A stretch of 64,000 nt of DNA from an uncultured Gammaproteobacteria bacterium (GTDB taxonomy: Bacteria; Patescibacteriota; Microgenomatia; CAYXHB01): the NCBI GenBank assembly GCA_964561945.1, contig CAZLQM010000003.1, forward strand, positions 1,954 through 65,953, given 5' to 3'. The notes under the pieces were generated by a model that did not search any database, had not been told where the DNA came from, and was given only the letters and a program-made list of their open reading frames with translations. Positions 1 to 10,053 of the stretch are shown piece by piece. Numbering within the stretch: the stretch's first letter is position 1; each line of letters opens with the position of its first letter. The position numbers were made by a program, and so were the translations under genes.

Positions 1-316
1 AATGTAAGCATCAACTTCTTCAAATGGAACCCAGATAAAACTTCCAAGGCGACTTTTGAGAGAGTGAGCTGTGTGTTCAAATTCGTGGGTTGGAGAAGTA
101 AAGAAAACCATGTCTACGATGTGTGTGGCGATGATAAGAGAAAATAATGCCGGTCCATGGAACAAGTCTGAGCCTGCGATGATAGTTAGCTGGCCGTTAG
201 TTGATTTGGCATCATGTTCTTGAGGCTGATGAAGAAGCTTGAGAAGATTGGGATCAAATTCGGGGGGCATAGATATTCATTATAAGGGATGAGGAAAAAT
301 TTGATACTATTGAGTT

Positions 317-1177
317 ATGATTTTTGATGGAAGGGCGTACGCAGGTTTGATAATTGAAAAGCTGAAAGAAAGAAGAGAGATGCTAAGTGTGGAGCCTCAC
401 TTGGTGTGGTTGTGTGTAGGTGAAGATGAGGCAAGTGTGATGTATGGAAAGCTAAAAGCGAGAGTGGCTGAGAAATTGGGAATAAAATTTACAAAAGTTT
501 ATTTGGGGAATGAAATTGATGAAGAGGATCTTAAATCAGAAATAAGGAAATATTGTGAAGATAGAGAGGTGCATGGGGTGATGGTTCAGTTACCGGCAAA
601 GGTAAAAGGAAATTTGTATCGGGTATTGGGGGAAATATGGGTAACTAAAGATGTTGATTGTCTTAATCCGTACTCTGTGGGTATGTTGATGGCGGGGAGT
701 GGAGTTAATATGCCTGCGACAGTGGGAGCCGTGGGACAGATTCTTATGTATGCTTTGGGCGAAATTGAAGCGCCAATGTATGATTTGGGTAGTTTATTAA
801 AACAGGGGAAGGTTTTGGAGGGAAAGAGAGTGGTAGTTATTGGCGGAGGATGGGAAGTGGGTAAACCATTGGTGGGGTTGTTATCAAACTGGGGGGCAAG
901 TGTGTTATGGGTCCGATCGAGCGAACGAAATTTGGGTGAAATTGTTAAATTGGGAGATGTGGTAATTAGCGCGACGGGTGAGAAAAATTTGGTTGAAGGA
1001 TCAATGATTAAAGAAGGAGCCATTGTGATTGATGTGGGTTCTCCTAATGGCGATATAGAGTTTACTTCTGTGAGTGATGTGGCAGGGTTTTTGACGCCTG
1101 TGCCTGGTGGAGTGGGTCCTGTAACAGTTGCGTGTTTGATGGAGAATGTAATAAATGCTGTTGAGAAATCTGTTTAG
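317..1177 (+). CDS. folD: bifunctional methylenetetrahydrofolate dehydrogenase/cyclohydrolase
   Basis: 286 aa; FolD-like motifs DVDCLNPYSVGML and TPVPGGVGPVTVACLMEN; Rossmann GGGxxVG. Confidence 0.88.
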   Translation: MIFDGRAYAGLIIEKLKERREMLSVEPHLVWLCVGEDEASVMYGKLKARVAEKLGIKFTKVYLGNEIDEEDLKSEIRKYCEDREVHGVMVQLPAKVKGNLYRVLGEIWVTKDVDCLNPYSVGMLMAGSGVNMPATVGAVGQILMYALGEIEAPMYDLGSLLKQGKVLEGKRVVVIGGGWEVGKPLVGLLSNWGASVLWVRSSERNLGEIVKLGDVVISATGEKNLVEGSMIKEGAIVIDVGSPNGDIEFTSVSDVAGFLTPVPGGVGPVTVACLMENVINAVEKSV

Positions 1178-1230
1178 CGGAGTGACAGAGAGAGGTGTTT
1201 TTAAATGAATTTTATTTGTGGAATGACGAT

Positions 1231-2400
1231 TTAGAGAAGGATGACTAAGGCTCCTAGTAAGGCTATGGTGACGATGGAACCGAGGATGATTGTTGGAGTG
1301 CTAGTGCCTGCTACGGGTAGTGTTGGGCTGAGTTCTGGGGTTGTTTGGGCGATGGTTTTGGGAGTTGGAGTAGGTGTTGGATTAACTCCCGGTGTAGTGG
1401 CTGAGGTTGTTGGCTTGTAGCTAATTTCGTTAGAGGCGGAAGAGACGGCACAACCTTTTTGGGATCTGACTACGAAGTAGAAAGTTTTGGTTAGATCGAG
1501 GCTATTGATTTGGTAGCTGGTGGTTTTGCCGGTATTAGGAACTCCAAAGAGGTAAGTATTGGGTTGGTAGCCGTAACTTACAATATAGTATTCTACGTTA
1601 GCATCGGGCTGAGTCCATGTTAAGGTAACGCTTGAATCGCCAGATTTAGTTGCAGTTAGCATGGTTGGTGCAGGTGGAGCTGTGTCATAGCAACCAGGAG
1701 GCGTGGTGGGAGGAGTGGCGGTAGGTGGAACTGGTGTAGCAGAAGCTCTGGTGGTAGGAGTGGCAGTTGGAGTTAGAGTTATGGTGGCTGTTGGTGTTGG
1801 AGGGTGGGTTGGGGAGACAGTCCCTGTGGGGGTTGGAGTGGCTGTTAAGCTACGTGTGGGAGTGGGGGTATTGGTGGGTCTGCTGGTTGGAGTGGGTGTT
1901 GAGGTAGTTGTGGTACATTGGAAAGGTGCGTAACGTATTTTTTTGGGGTTGATGTCGACAGAGGCTTGGGTGCCTGTATTAAATACCTCTACATAGAGGA
2001 CCCCTGTGCTGAGATTATTGGTATCCGTAGTGATGGTTCCTGTTATTGGATTGTTACAGATGTTAGTGTGGGTTTTCTTTTGTTGGGTTTGGAGATCTCG
2101 GACTATGATATCTTTACAAGGATTAAAGCCGATATTGGAAGGTAGGGTAATACTGTAATTAAGAGTTACTTTGGAAGATTGGGTATCGCAACGTGGAGTG
2201 ACAACTATTTGCGTGGTATGAGCTTCGGTTGGGGTGGGAGCGATTTTTTGGCGTTTATTGAGGACGTAAGAGATGACTAGAGCAGAAATTCCCAAAATAA
2301 GTAGGATGAGAATTCCGATAGTGAGTTGAAGTCGAGTTTTACGAGTAATCATAATTGGACACTTACTATTAGGATTGCAGGTTTTACGTGGGGTTGTCAA
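1231..2400 (-). CDS. surface/secreted protein with N-terminal signal anchor, Thr/Pro-rich linkers and a fibronectin-III-like segment
   Basis: 389 aa; N-terminal hydrophobic helix; long PT/TPT repeats; FN3-like stretch SSVTLTWTQPDANVEYYIVSYGY. Confidence 0.5.
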   Translation of the reverse strand: MTTPRKTCNPNSKCPIMITRKTRLQLTIGILILLILGISALVISYVLNKRQKIAPTPTEAHTTQIVVTPRCDTQSSKVTLNYSITLPSNIGFNPCKDIIVRDLQTQQKKTHTNICNNPITGTITTDTNNLSTGVLYVEVFNTGTQASVDINPKKIRYAPFQCTTTTSTPTPTSRPTNTPTPTRSLTATPTPTGTVSPTHPPTPTATITLTPTATPTTRASATPVPPTATPPTTPPGCYDTAPPAPTMLTATKSGDSSVTLTWTQPDANVEYYIVSYGYQPNTYLFGVPNTGKTTSYQINSLDLTKTFYFVVRSQKGCAVSSASNEISYKPTTSATTPGVNPTPTPTPKTIAQTTPELSPTLPVAGTSTPTIILGSIVTIALLGALVILL

Positions 2401-2545
2401 TTGGCTAGTTGTTTAGTAGAATATGTTCATTACTCACACTTAGTTAGTACTCTCTGCTAGCTTGCTAGTTTTTGCTAAGTGGCGGAATAAGAGAGGCACA
2501 TAAATAATTTGTGTCTCCTGTTTGTCCGCAAATAGGAGTTTTTTT

Positions 2546-3295
2546 ATGACTGAAGAAGTATCATTAAACGAATTACTTGAAGCAGGATGTCATTTTGGGC
2601 ATCAGGCTCGTAGGTGGAATCCGAGAATGAAGCCCTATCTTTATGCCAAACGTGATGGTTTACATGTGTTTGATTTGGTTAAAACTAAGGAAGGATTGGA
2701 ATCTGCGATGAAATATTTGTCTGAAGCGTCTAAGGAAGGTAAGAGAATTGTATTTATTGCAACCAAAAGACAAGCTCAAGATATTGTAAAGGAAGCCGCC
2801 ATGCGGGCAGGTGTAGGGTATGTGACTGAGCGTTGGCTTGGAGGAATGTTGACTAATTATGATCAAATGCGCCGAAGCATGACGCGAATGAAAAAAATGA
2901 AAACGCAAAAAGAACAAGGTCAGCTCAAGCAATATACAAAGAAAGAACAATTGTTAATAGAAAGAGACATTGTTAAGATGGAAAAGAACTTAGGTGGCAT
3001 GGCAGTGTATGAATCTCAGCCTGAAGTTTTGGTGGTAGTGGATACGAGAAGAGAAAAAGTAGCGGTTGATGAAGCAAGGAGTATTAATATTCCTGTGGTT
3101 GGAATTGTGGATTCTAATGCTGATCCCTCGATGGTTGATTATGTGATTCCTGCAAATGATGATGCAGTTAAATCAGTGTTTTTGTTGGTTAATAAATTGG
3201 CTGATGCAATAATTGCAGGAAAAAATAAAGTTGAAGAAAAAAAAGAAGTTGTGGATAAAGAAAAGAAAGATAGTAAAGTAAAAAAAGAAAAATAA
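2546..3295 (+). CDS. rpsB: 30S ribosomal protein S2 with Lys-rich C-terminal tail
   Basis: S2 N-terminus LLEAGCHFGHQARRWNPRM; AGGAG RBS 7 nt before ATG at 2546 (the ORF track starts at an upstream TTG, 2522); rpsB-tsf-frr synteny. Confidence 0.9.
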   Translation: MTEEVSLNELLEAGCHFGHQARRWNPRMKPYLYAKRDGLHVFDLVKTKEGLESAMKYLSEASKEGKRIVFIATKRQAQDIVKEAAMRAGVGYVTERWLGGMLTNYDQMRRSMTRMKKMKTQKEQGQLKQYTKKEQLLIERDIVKMEKNLGGMAVYESQPEVLVVVDTRREKVAVDEARSINIPVVGIVDSNADPSMVDYVIPANDDAVKSVFLLVNKLADAIIAGKNKVEEKKEVVDKEKKDSKVKKEK

Positions 3296-3296
3296 T

Positions 3297-3767
3297 ATGG
3301 CAAAATCATCACTTGAGTTAATTAAGAAATTGCGTGAAGAAACCGGAGCTGGGGTGGTGGATTGTAGAACTGCTTTGGAGGAAAATGACGGAGATATAGC
3401 TAAGGCAAAGGAATTTTTGGTAGCCAAGGGTTTGGAAAAGGCAGCTAAGAAAGCTGATCGAGTGGCAAACTCAGGATTAGTTTTTGCGTATATTCATGGA
3501 GGTGGAAAAGTTGGAGCTATGGTAGAGATTGCTTGTGAAACGGATTTCGTAGCTAAGACAGATGAATTTAATCATTTGGCGAAGGAAATTGCGATGCAAG
3601 TTGCTTCGATGGATGCTAAGGACTTGGAAGAATTGTTAGCTCAGTCATATATTAGAGATAGCAAAATGACGATTGATGGATTAGTAAAATCTGCTGTGGC
3701 TAAGATTGGTGAAAATATAATGATTAAGAGATTTGTGCGGTATGGATTGGGTGAAGAGATTGAATAA
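3297..3767 (+). CDS. tsf: translation elongation factor Ts (short form)
   Basis: N-terminal UBA-like ELIKKLREETGAGVVDCRTALEE; directly follows rpsB. Confidence 0.85.
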   Translation: MAKSSLELIKKLREETGAGVVDCRTALEENDGDIAKAKEFLVAKGLEKAAKKADRVANSGLVFAYIHGGGKVGAMVEIACETDFVAKTDEFNHLAKEIAMQVASMDAKDLEELLAQSYIRDSKMTIDGLVKSAVAKIGENIMIKRFVRYGLGEEIE

Positions 3768-3811
3768 TTTGAGTGATTCTTTTTGGAGTGAGTTTTTGGT
3801 AGACTATAGTT

Positions 3812-4366
3812 ATGGACGCGACAAATATTAAGTCACGAATGAAGGCAACTGTTGATGCAGTGGCTGATGAGGTGAGTCGGATTAGAGTAGGTCGAGCAAC
3901 TCCTTCTATCGTAGAGAATATTGTTGTGCCTGCTTATGGAGGAACTCAGATGTTACGAGTTATGGAGCTTGCAAGTATTAATATTGAAGATACTCAGACT
4001 ATCGTAGTACGACCTTGGGATCAAAGTGTAATTGGTGAAATTGCTAAAGCGATTAACAATAGTGGATTGGGTTTGAATGGAGCAATTGATGGAGAGATTG
4101 TGCGAATCAGAATTCCTGAGTTGACGGAAGATCGAAGGAAAGAATTTGTTAAATTATTAGGAGTAAAAATTGAGAATGGGAAGATTGCAATTCGGCAAGT
4201 GAGGCATGATGTGATGGCAGATGTAAAGAAAGACTTTGAATCCAAGGCGATTGGAGAGGATGAGAAATTTCGAATTGAGAAAGATGCTCAGAAAATTACT
4301 GATGATGCTATCGCTGAGATTGATGCAATTGCCAAAGCTAAGGAAGAAGAATTGATGAAGGTGTAG
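3812..4366 (+). CDS. frr: ribosome recycling factor
   Basis: 184 aa; RRF-like sequence and position after tsf. Confidence 0.85.
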   Translation: MDATNIKSRMKATVDAVADEVSRIRVGRATPSIVENIVVPAYGGTQMLRVMELASINIEDTQTIVVRPWDQSVIGEIAKAINNSGLGLNGAIDGEIVRIRIPELTEDRRKEFVKLLGVKIENGKIAIRQVRHDVMADVKKDFESKAIGEDEKFRIEKDAQKITDDAIAEIDAIAKAKEEELMKV

Positions 4367-4514
4367 TTTGTGTAATGTGGAGTGGAGAGGGTAAATAGTG
4401 GTGAAGTGTGTAGATTTTTTGAGGTTTTTTTAGAAGAGAGACTTGGACTTGTTGTTTGATTAGTTGAACGGGGATGGATTTGGTGTTTGTCATAATGTGG
4501 GTTTATTGGATACA

Positions 4515-5660
4515 ATGGGAAAGATTATGTTGACATTTGTAGTGTTTTTTTTGATTTTATCAATATTAGTGATTATCCACGAACTTGGTCATTATTGGGT
4601 GGCGAAAAAAAATGGAATATATGTAGAAGAGTTTGGGTTTGGGTTACCCCCTAGGTTGTTTGGAATTAAATGGGGAGAAACGTTGTATTCGTTGAATTGG
4701 CTACCGTTTGGAGGGTTCGTAAGGCTATATGGTGAGGATGCTGAAGGGGAAGGAGAGTACGAAGTTGATGGTAAGGTGATTCCTAAGAGGAGAGCTTTTT
4801 ATGCGCAGAAGCCGTGGAGGAAAGCATCTGTGATCGTGGCTGGTGTGGTAATGAATATAATTTTGGCGGTGGGATTGTTTGCGGGAGCTTATTCGTTTAC
4901 GGGAATTCCGCAGTTAACTGACCGCGTCCAAGTGATCGATATAACGGATAGTAGTCCTGCTAAAGAAGCCGGATTGATGGCTCGAGATGTAGTAGTTGAG
5001 ATTGTGCCTGAGGGACAAGAGGCTGTGAAGGTTAATTCGGTTAAAGAATTTGTGGATGTGGTGGGAGCTAATAAGGGGAATTTGATTGGGGTAAATGTAA
5101 TAAGAGAAGTAGATGGGCAAGAAATTGAGGCTATGGTTAATGTGATTCCACGGGTTGATCCTCCAGCAGGTGAGGGATCGCTTGGGGTGGTGGTTTCGCA
5201 GGAAGTTATAAATAAATTTTATCCTTGGTGGCAGATGCCATTTTTGGGAGCTTGGGAGGGAATGAAAGAAGCCTTTGCATGGGCCGTAATGATCTTGCAA
5301 ATGTTGGGGACGATGGTGATGACAATTTTGCGAGGAAATGTACCACAAGGAGTAGCGGGACCTGTGGGTATTTATCAAGTTACAGGAGACGTGGTTAACT
5401 ATGGTTGGTTGGCTGTTGTTAGGTTCTTGGGTGTGTTATCGTTGAATTTGGCGGTGATGAATATTTTGCCGTTGCCTGCTTTGGATGGAGGTAGATTGTG
5501 GTTTGTAATTTATGAGGCAATTACAGGTAAGAGAGTTAAGCCTGCTTGGGAGAGAAGGATTCATGGAGCGGGAATGATTTTGTTATTAAGTTTGATCGTA
5601 TTGGTCACAGTGTCGGATGTGGCACGATTGTTTAGTTTTGATTTGCAGAGGATTTTTTAG
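4515..5660 (+). CDS. rseP: RIP zinc metalloprotease (site-2 protease, M50 family) with PDZ domain
   Basis: HELGHYW zinc motif; multiple TM helices; internal PDZ-like region; the ORF track starts at TTG 4464, ATG at 4515 more likely. Confidence 0.75.
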   Translation: MGKIMLTFVVFFLILSILVIIHELGHYWVAKKNGIYVEEFGFGLPPRLFGIKWGETLYSLNWLPFGGFVRLYGEDAEGEGEYEVDGKVIPKRRAFYAQKPWRKASVIVAGVVMNIILAVGLFAGAYSFTGIPQLTDRVQVIDITDSSPAKEAGLMARDVVVEIVPEGQEAVKVNSVKEFVDVVGANKGNLIGVNVIREVDGQEIEAMVNVIPRVDPPAGEGSLGVVVSQEVINKFYPWWQMPFLGAWEGMKEAFAWAVMILQMLGTMVMTILRGNVPQGVAGPVGIYQVTGDVVNYGWLAVVRFLGVLSLNLAVMNILPLPALDGGRLWFVIYEAITGKRVKPAWERRIHGAGMILLLSLIVLVTVSDVARLFSFDLQRIF

Positions 5661-5794
5661 GTTAGGAAAGTAAATTTTGCGTAAAAATTGGAGTGTGTTA
5701 ATAATAGAGTTTTAAGTATTTACATGATATTATAGGCTTAATATCGACATCTGCGCTGATAGGTTTTGACAAAATTACACGAGAGGAGAGACCT

Positions 5795-6139
5795 GTGGAT
5801 AATAAGAGTGATACTTTAATTGATTTGCATGGACAAAAAAATGAATTGGATATGGAATTGGGAGCAATTTATCATGAGAATTTGCGATTACTTGATTTAT
5901 CTTTACTTCCGATTCAAAGCGTGGTGGATTATTTAGATAAGATTATTGACCTACTTACGGAAAAGTGGACAGTAGTCGAAAAGATTGCTGTTTGGTATGA
6001 AGCAGATGAAGAAATATCTACTGTATGTAAAGAAACGTTAGCGTTGATGAATGATGCTAGTGAAACAAGAGCTGTTTACCAAGGTGTATTGGCTGGAGGC
6101 TACAAATTGGCCAAAAATCCGAAGGGAGAGGGCGGTTAG
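5795..6139 (+). CDS. hypothetical protein
   Basis: 114-aa ORF; no recognisable motif. Confidence 0.3.
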   Translation: MDNKSDTLIDLHGQKNELDMELGAIYHENLRLLDLSLLPIQSVVDYLDKIIDLLTEKWTVVEKIAVWYEADEEISTVCKETLALMNDASETRAVYQGVLAGGYKLAKNPKGEGG

Positions 6140-6449
6140 TGAGTTGTTGAATAACTTTTAGCCTTAGTTTCTCTTTGTAGTAATTGTAATTTGAGATTTA
6201 GGTGGTTGGTCTTCGTGACTGGCCGCTTTTTTTGATTAATTTTATGTTGAAGATAATTGTCTTATAGTGGATAATGATGGTGCTTGATTTTGGGAGGGGT
6301 AAGCCTTTATACTAGTCATGTTATTTATAAATTTCGTGTTTGCACTGATTTTGGATGTTTCTGCTTGCCGGAGTTGGAGGAATTTGATTTTGGCGAGTTG
6401 AGAGCTCGAAAAGAAAGTAAAGGCGCGGATTTGGAAGGAGGTGTTTTTT

Positions 6450-6644
6450 ATGGCAGTTGTTATAAAACGCAAAGCCAATGATACAGATGACAAAATGATC
6501 GCGGAATTCCGCAAAATGGTTATCGAAAACAATTTAATTGAATACTATAAAAGTAAAATGTTTCATTTGAAGCCATCGGCTCAAAAGAATATTTTAAATA
6601 ACAGTAGGAAACGTGGTAAAACACAGCCTCGTCGGAGTAAGTAA
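6450..6644 (+). CDS. rpsU: 30S ribosomal protein S21
   Basis: MAVVIKRKAND...RKRGK basic C-terminus typical of S21; GGAAGGAGG RBS upstream of ATG 6450. Confidence 0.7.
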   Translation: MAVVIKRKANDTDDKMIAEFRKMVIENNLIEYYKSKMFHLKPSAQKNILNNSRKRGKTQPRRSK

Positions 6645-6650
6645 ATTAAT

Positions 6651-7088
6651 ATGGCTTTGATAGATACGTTAAGCGAGGATATGCGACAGGCAATGAAGGC
6701 TGGAAACAAGCCATTGCTTGGAGTGTTGCGGTTGTTGGTGAGTGAGTTGAAGTATCGATTGATAGATAAGAGTGATTTGACGAAGGATGATGAGATTGCT
6801 TTTCTTATGTCTGAAGCAAAGAAAAGACGAGATTCAATCGAAGCCTATAAAAGTGTTAGCCCCGAGAGAGCAGATGCCGAGAGAGAAGAATTACGAATAA
6901 TTGAAACATATCTGCCAACCCAGCTGAGTGATGCGGAAATATTAGAAGTAGTCAAATCTGTTAAGAGTGAAAATCCAAGTTTGGCGATGGGGCCACTTAT
7001 GGGCAAAGTAATGGGTCAAATTAAACAGAATGGTGGATTAGTAGGTGGATCGCGAGTGAAATTAATGGTTGAAGAGATATTTAAATAA
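6651..7088 (+). CDS. yqeY: GatB/YqeY domain protein
   Basis: AMKAGNK...LGVLRLLVSELKY pattern of the YqeY family; follows rpsU as in many bacteria. Confidence 0.7.
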   Translation: MALIDTLSEDMRQAMKAGNKPLLGVLRLLVSELKYRLIDKSDLTKDDEIAFLMSEAKKRRDSIEAYKSVSPERADAEREELRIIETYLPTQLSDAEILEVVKSVKSENPSLAMGPLMGKVMGQIKQNGGLVGGSRVKLMVEEIFK

Positions 7089-7097
7089 AGAGTCTTT

Positions 7098-7493
7098 ATG
7101 TATAGTATTGATATAAAAAGTGATAGTAGATATCCTATTGATAGGGACAGAATTCGAGGAGCAATTGAAGATGTATTGCAAAAAGAAGGGATAAAAACTG
7201 ATGTGGAAGTAAGTGTGTTTGTGGTGGGAAAACGCAAAATGCATGGATTAAATTTGGAGTGGAGAGGGCTAGACTATGCGACTAACGTACTGTCTTTTTG
7301 TCAGGGCGAAACTAAAGATGGTAGTGGTGAGTACGCATATCCTAATAATCAGGTGTTGTATTTGGGTGATGTAGTGGTGTGTTACCCTGTGGCGCGCGAA
7401 CAAGCGCGGGAGTCGTGGTTGATGGTAGATGACTGGATTGAGACTCTCGTACGACACAGCATGGAGCATTTGTTAGGTAGGCATCATGTTTAG
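7098..7493 (+). CDS. ybeY: rRNA maturation endoribonuclease YbeY
   Basis: 131 aa; C-terminal HSMEHLLGRHH histidine cluster (H..H..H metal site). Confidence 0.8.
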   Translation: MYSIDIKSDSRYPIDRDRIRGAIEDVLQKEGIKTDVEVSVFVVGKRKMHGLNLEWRGLDYATNVLSFCQGETKDGSGEYAYPNNQVLYLGDVVVCYPVAREQARESWLMVDDWIETLVRHSMEHLLGRHHV

Positions 7494-7571
7494 GTTTTTG
7501 GTGAGGTTGGAGCTTGAGAAGAATTTATTTTTGCTTGCAATATAAGGATATTGAGGTTAGATTTAGAGTCA

Positions 7572-9218
7572 ATGGCTTTTTATCTTAAGTATCGTCCACA
7601 GTTGATAAGTGAACTTGATTTACCTGAAGTAAGAGAATCGTTACTTGGGTTACTTAAGTCAAAGTCTTTGCCTCATGCATTGTTATTTACGGGAATTCGG
7701 GGAACAGGTAAAACAAGTAGCGCGCGTATCTGGGCAAAGGCGATAAATTGTGAGAAGAGAGGTAGGGATTATGAGCCATGTAATAAGTGTGCTAATTGCG
7801 AGTCGATTACAAGCGGACGGAGTGTGGATGTGGTGGAGATGGACGCGGCCTCGAATCGCAAGATTGATGATATTCGGGATTTGCGTGAAAAAATTAGATT
7901 GGCTCCAACTGCGTTGAAGTATAAGATTTACATCATTGATGAGGTGCACATGTTGACGAATGAAGCCTTTAATGCGTTGCTTAAGACGTTGGAAGAGCCG
8001 CCTATAAATGTTTTGTTTGTGTTATGTACTACGGAGATTGATAAGTTGCCTGCAACGATTGTGTCGCGGTGTGTGAGAGTTAATTTTCGAATGGCAGGAT
8101 TAGAAGAGATCGCTAATTCTCTAGCGCGAGTAGCTAAAGGAGAAAAAATAAATATTGATAAGGAAGGAATTGATTTGATTGCCAAGTTGGGCGAGGGGAG
8201 TTTTCGCGATGCGACGAAAATGTTGGAGGAGATTGCTTGGATGGAGGGTAAGATTACGCAAGAAAGAGTTGAGGAGTTTTTTCATATAATCGGTGGGGAG
8301 ATGGAGACTTTGGGGCAGTTGATAAATTCCAAGGATGGATTGGGGATAATGAGTTTTGTGGAGTCTCGAGTCAGTGGCGGTGGGGATATAAAATTGTTAG
8401 CCGGTAGGGTCTTGGATTATTTGCATGTAGAATGGAAGAAGGCTTTGGAAGGTAAGAGTAGTTTAAATTATAGCGCCGGTGAAATAGGAAGTCTGATTGA
8501 TCGAGTGGATGAGTATTGGTGGAGATTTAATACGGCGCTTAAGGCCCAGTTGCCTTTGGAATTGGCTTTGGTTAATTGGTTAGAGGATCAAAATGATGGA
8601 AGTAATACAAATAAAAAAGTGAATGAAAAAAAAGTGATTAATCTTGAGATAAAAGGACAAACTCAAGATGTTAAGAAATCAGTCAAGGTTGAAGAACCAA
8701 AGGTCGAAGTGAAGAGAGCCCAATCGAAAGAAGTGATACCAGATGAATCTAAAACAGGTGCGAGCGTTGAAAGTATTGTGTTGGTTTGGGATGAGATTCT
8801 GGGGAAAGTGCGACAAAGGAATATTTCAGTCGAGGCATTTTTGCGTGCAGCTAGACCTGTGCGATTAAATAACAATCGATTAGTTTTAGAATTGGCGTAT
8901 TCGTTTCATCGGGATAAATTACTCGAAGAAGCAAATCGGAGGCTGGTGGAAGAGGTGGTAAGTAATTTGGTGGGGTTAAATTTGGGTATTGAGTGTGAAT
9001 TAAATATAAAATCAAGTTCGCTTGGTAAAGAAAAGGTAGTGGAAATTAAACCCGTATTTGTACCTTCGGCTGTGCGGAGTGTCCCAAGTGAGAATGCGGT
9101 TAGTTCTAAGAAATATGGTGGTGGATTTGGGCGGAGAACCATATCATCACAGTCTCCAGTGCCGACTGAGGAAGATGATGCGTTGGTGGAGTTTGCGGAG
9201 GAGTTATTTGGAAAGTGA
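7572..9218 (+). CDS. dnaX: DNA polymerase III subunit gamma/tau
   Basis: KYRPQ start; Walker A GIRGTGKTS; zinc module CNKCANCESI; dnaX-ybaB-recR synteny; the ORF track starts at TTG 7551. Confidence 0.9.
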   Translation: MAFYLKYRPQLISELDLPEVRESLLGLLKSKSLPHALLFTGIRGTGKTSSARIWAKAINCEKRGRDYEPCNKCANCESITSGRSVDVVEMDAASNRKIDDIRDLREKIRLAPTALKYKIYIIDEVHMLTNEAFNALLKTLEEPPINVLFVLCTTEIDKLPATIVSRCVRVNFRMAGLEEIANSLARVAKGEKINIDKEGIDLIAKLGEGSFRDATKMLEEIAWMEGKITQERVEEFFHIIGGEMETLGQLINSKDGLGIMSFVESRVSGGGDIKLLAGRVLDYLHVEWKKALEGKSSLNYSAGEIGSLIDRVDEYWWRFNTALKAQLPLELALVNWLEDQNDGSNTNKKVNEKKVINLEIKGQTQDVKKSVKVEEPKVEVKRAQSKEVIPDESKTGASVESIVLVWDEILGKVRQRNISVEAFLRAARPVRLNNNRLVLELAYSFHRDKLLEEANRRLVEEVVSNLVGLNLGIECELNIKSSSLGKEKVVEIKPVFVPSAVRSVPSENAVSSKKYGGGFGRRTISSQSPVPTEEDDALVEFAEELFGK

Positions 9219-9737
9219 GGGATTATTTGATATTTTGTGGACTAATGGGTTATGGCAATTGAAATTCGAGGACAAAGGGATTTAAGAATAGTTGTGAGTG
9301 AGGCAGAAAGTCAGCCCGTAACTGATAGATTAGAGATTTCATTTTTGGATTTAGAATTAAGAAATAGGTCTCGAGGAGGAAGTAGGGTAGAGATTCCAGC
9401 ACCTTCAAGACGAGGAACTGGACATCGGGGAACTTGGGCGCGGGAATGGGGAGAGATATTAGATTAGGGATTGGAAGGTGAGGGATTTTGGTTGTTAATG
9501 TGGACATATGTGGTGAATGAGCACGATACCTGAGTTACGTCGAAATCGAGGATATTTACTTAATCCGCTTGAGCATGGGTTTCGGCCTGAGAGGTTGCGG
9601 CAGGAAGCGACTTCTAATAGTAGCCAAAGAATTGATACTCAGATTGCTAAGCAAGATGATGGAGGAATTAGAGCTATTAATTTCCCCATGAGAGTTCCAG
9701 TTGAAATTAGTGCTGATGACTAATACAATAGGCTAAT

Positions 9738-10022
9738 ATGTTGGATAAATTAAAGCAGGCGGGTCAGATGGCCAAAGCTATGAATGAAGCTCGCAAGTTA
9801 CAAAAAGCCTTGGAAGGAGAAAAGGTTGAGATTGAAGACAATGGAGTTAAGGTCGTGGTTAATGGGGTGCCAAGGATTTTGGATTTTTCGGTGAATGGAG
9901 TTAGTAACAAAGCTGTAATTAATGTATTGAATAAGGCGATAGAGAAGGCTCAGATGGCTTATGCTACGAAAATGCGGGAAATGCCTGGGATTGAAGATAT
10001 GATGAAAAACTTCATGAAGTAA
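9738..10022 (+). CDS. ybaB: nucleoid-associated protein YbaB/EbfC
   Basis: 94 aa; YbaB-like sequence between dnaX and recR. Confidence 0.85.
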   Translation: MLDKLKQAGQMAKAMNEARKLQKALEGEKVEIEDNGVKVVVNGVPRILDFSVNGVSNKAVINVLNKAIEKAQMAYATKMREMPGIEDMMKNFMK

Positions 10023-10053
10023 TAAATTTGGTGTTAAGGCATATAATATACCT

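Noticed and set aside
586-1023. Antisense or shadow ORFs inside well-supported genes
   Set aside because: Examples are 586..1023, 1703..1933, 2660..2950, 14995..15426, 15829..16179, 17218..17631, 51335..52025 and 62356..63162. All lie within and opposite to or out of frame with strongly supported genes, have low-complexity composition, and lack RBSs. They are treated as spurious.
9252-9723. ORFs 9252..9467 and 9517..9723 as protein-coding genes
   Set aside because: Arg/Gly-rich low-complexity translation, no RBS, and no resemblance to any family. The region is more likely non-coding.
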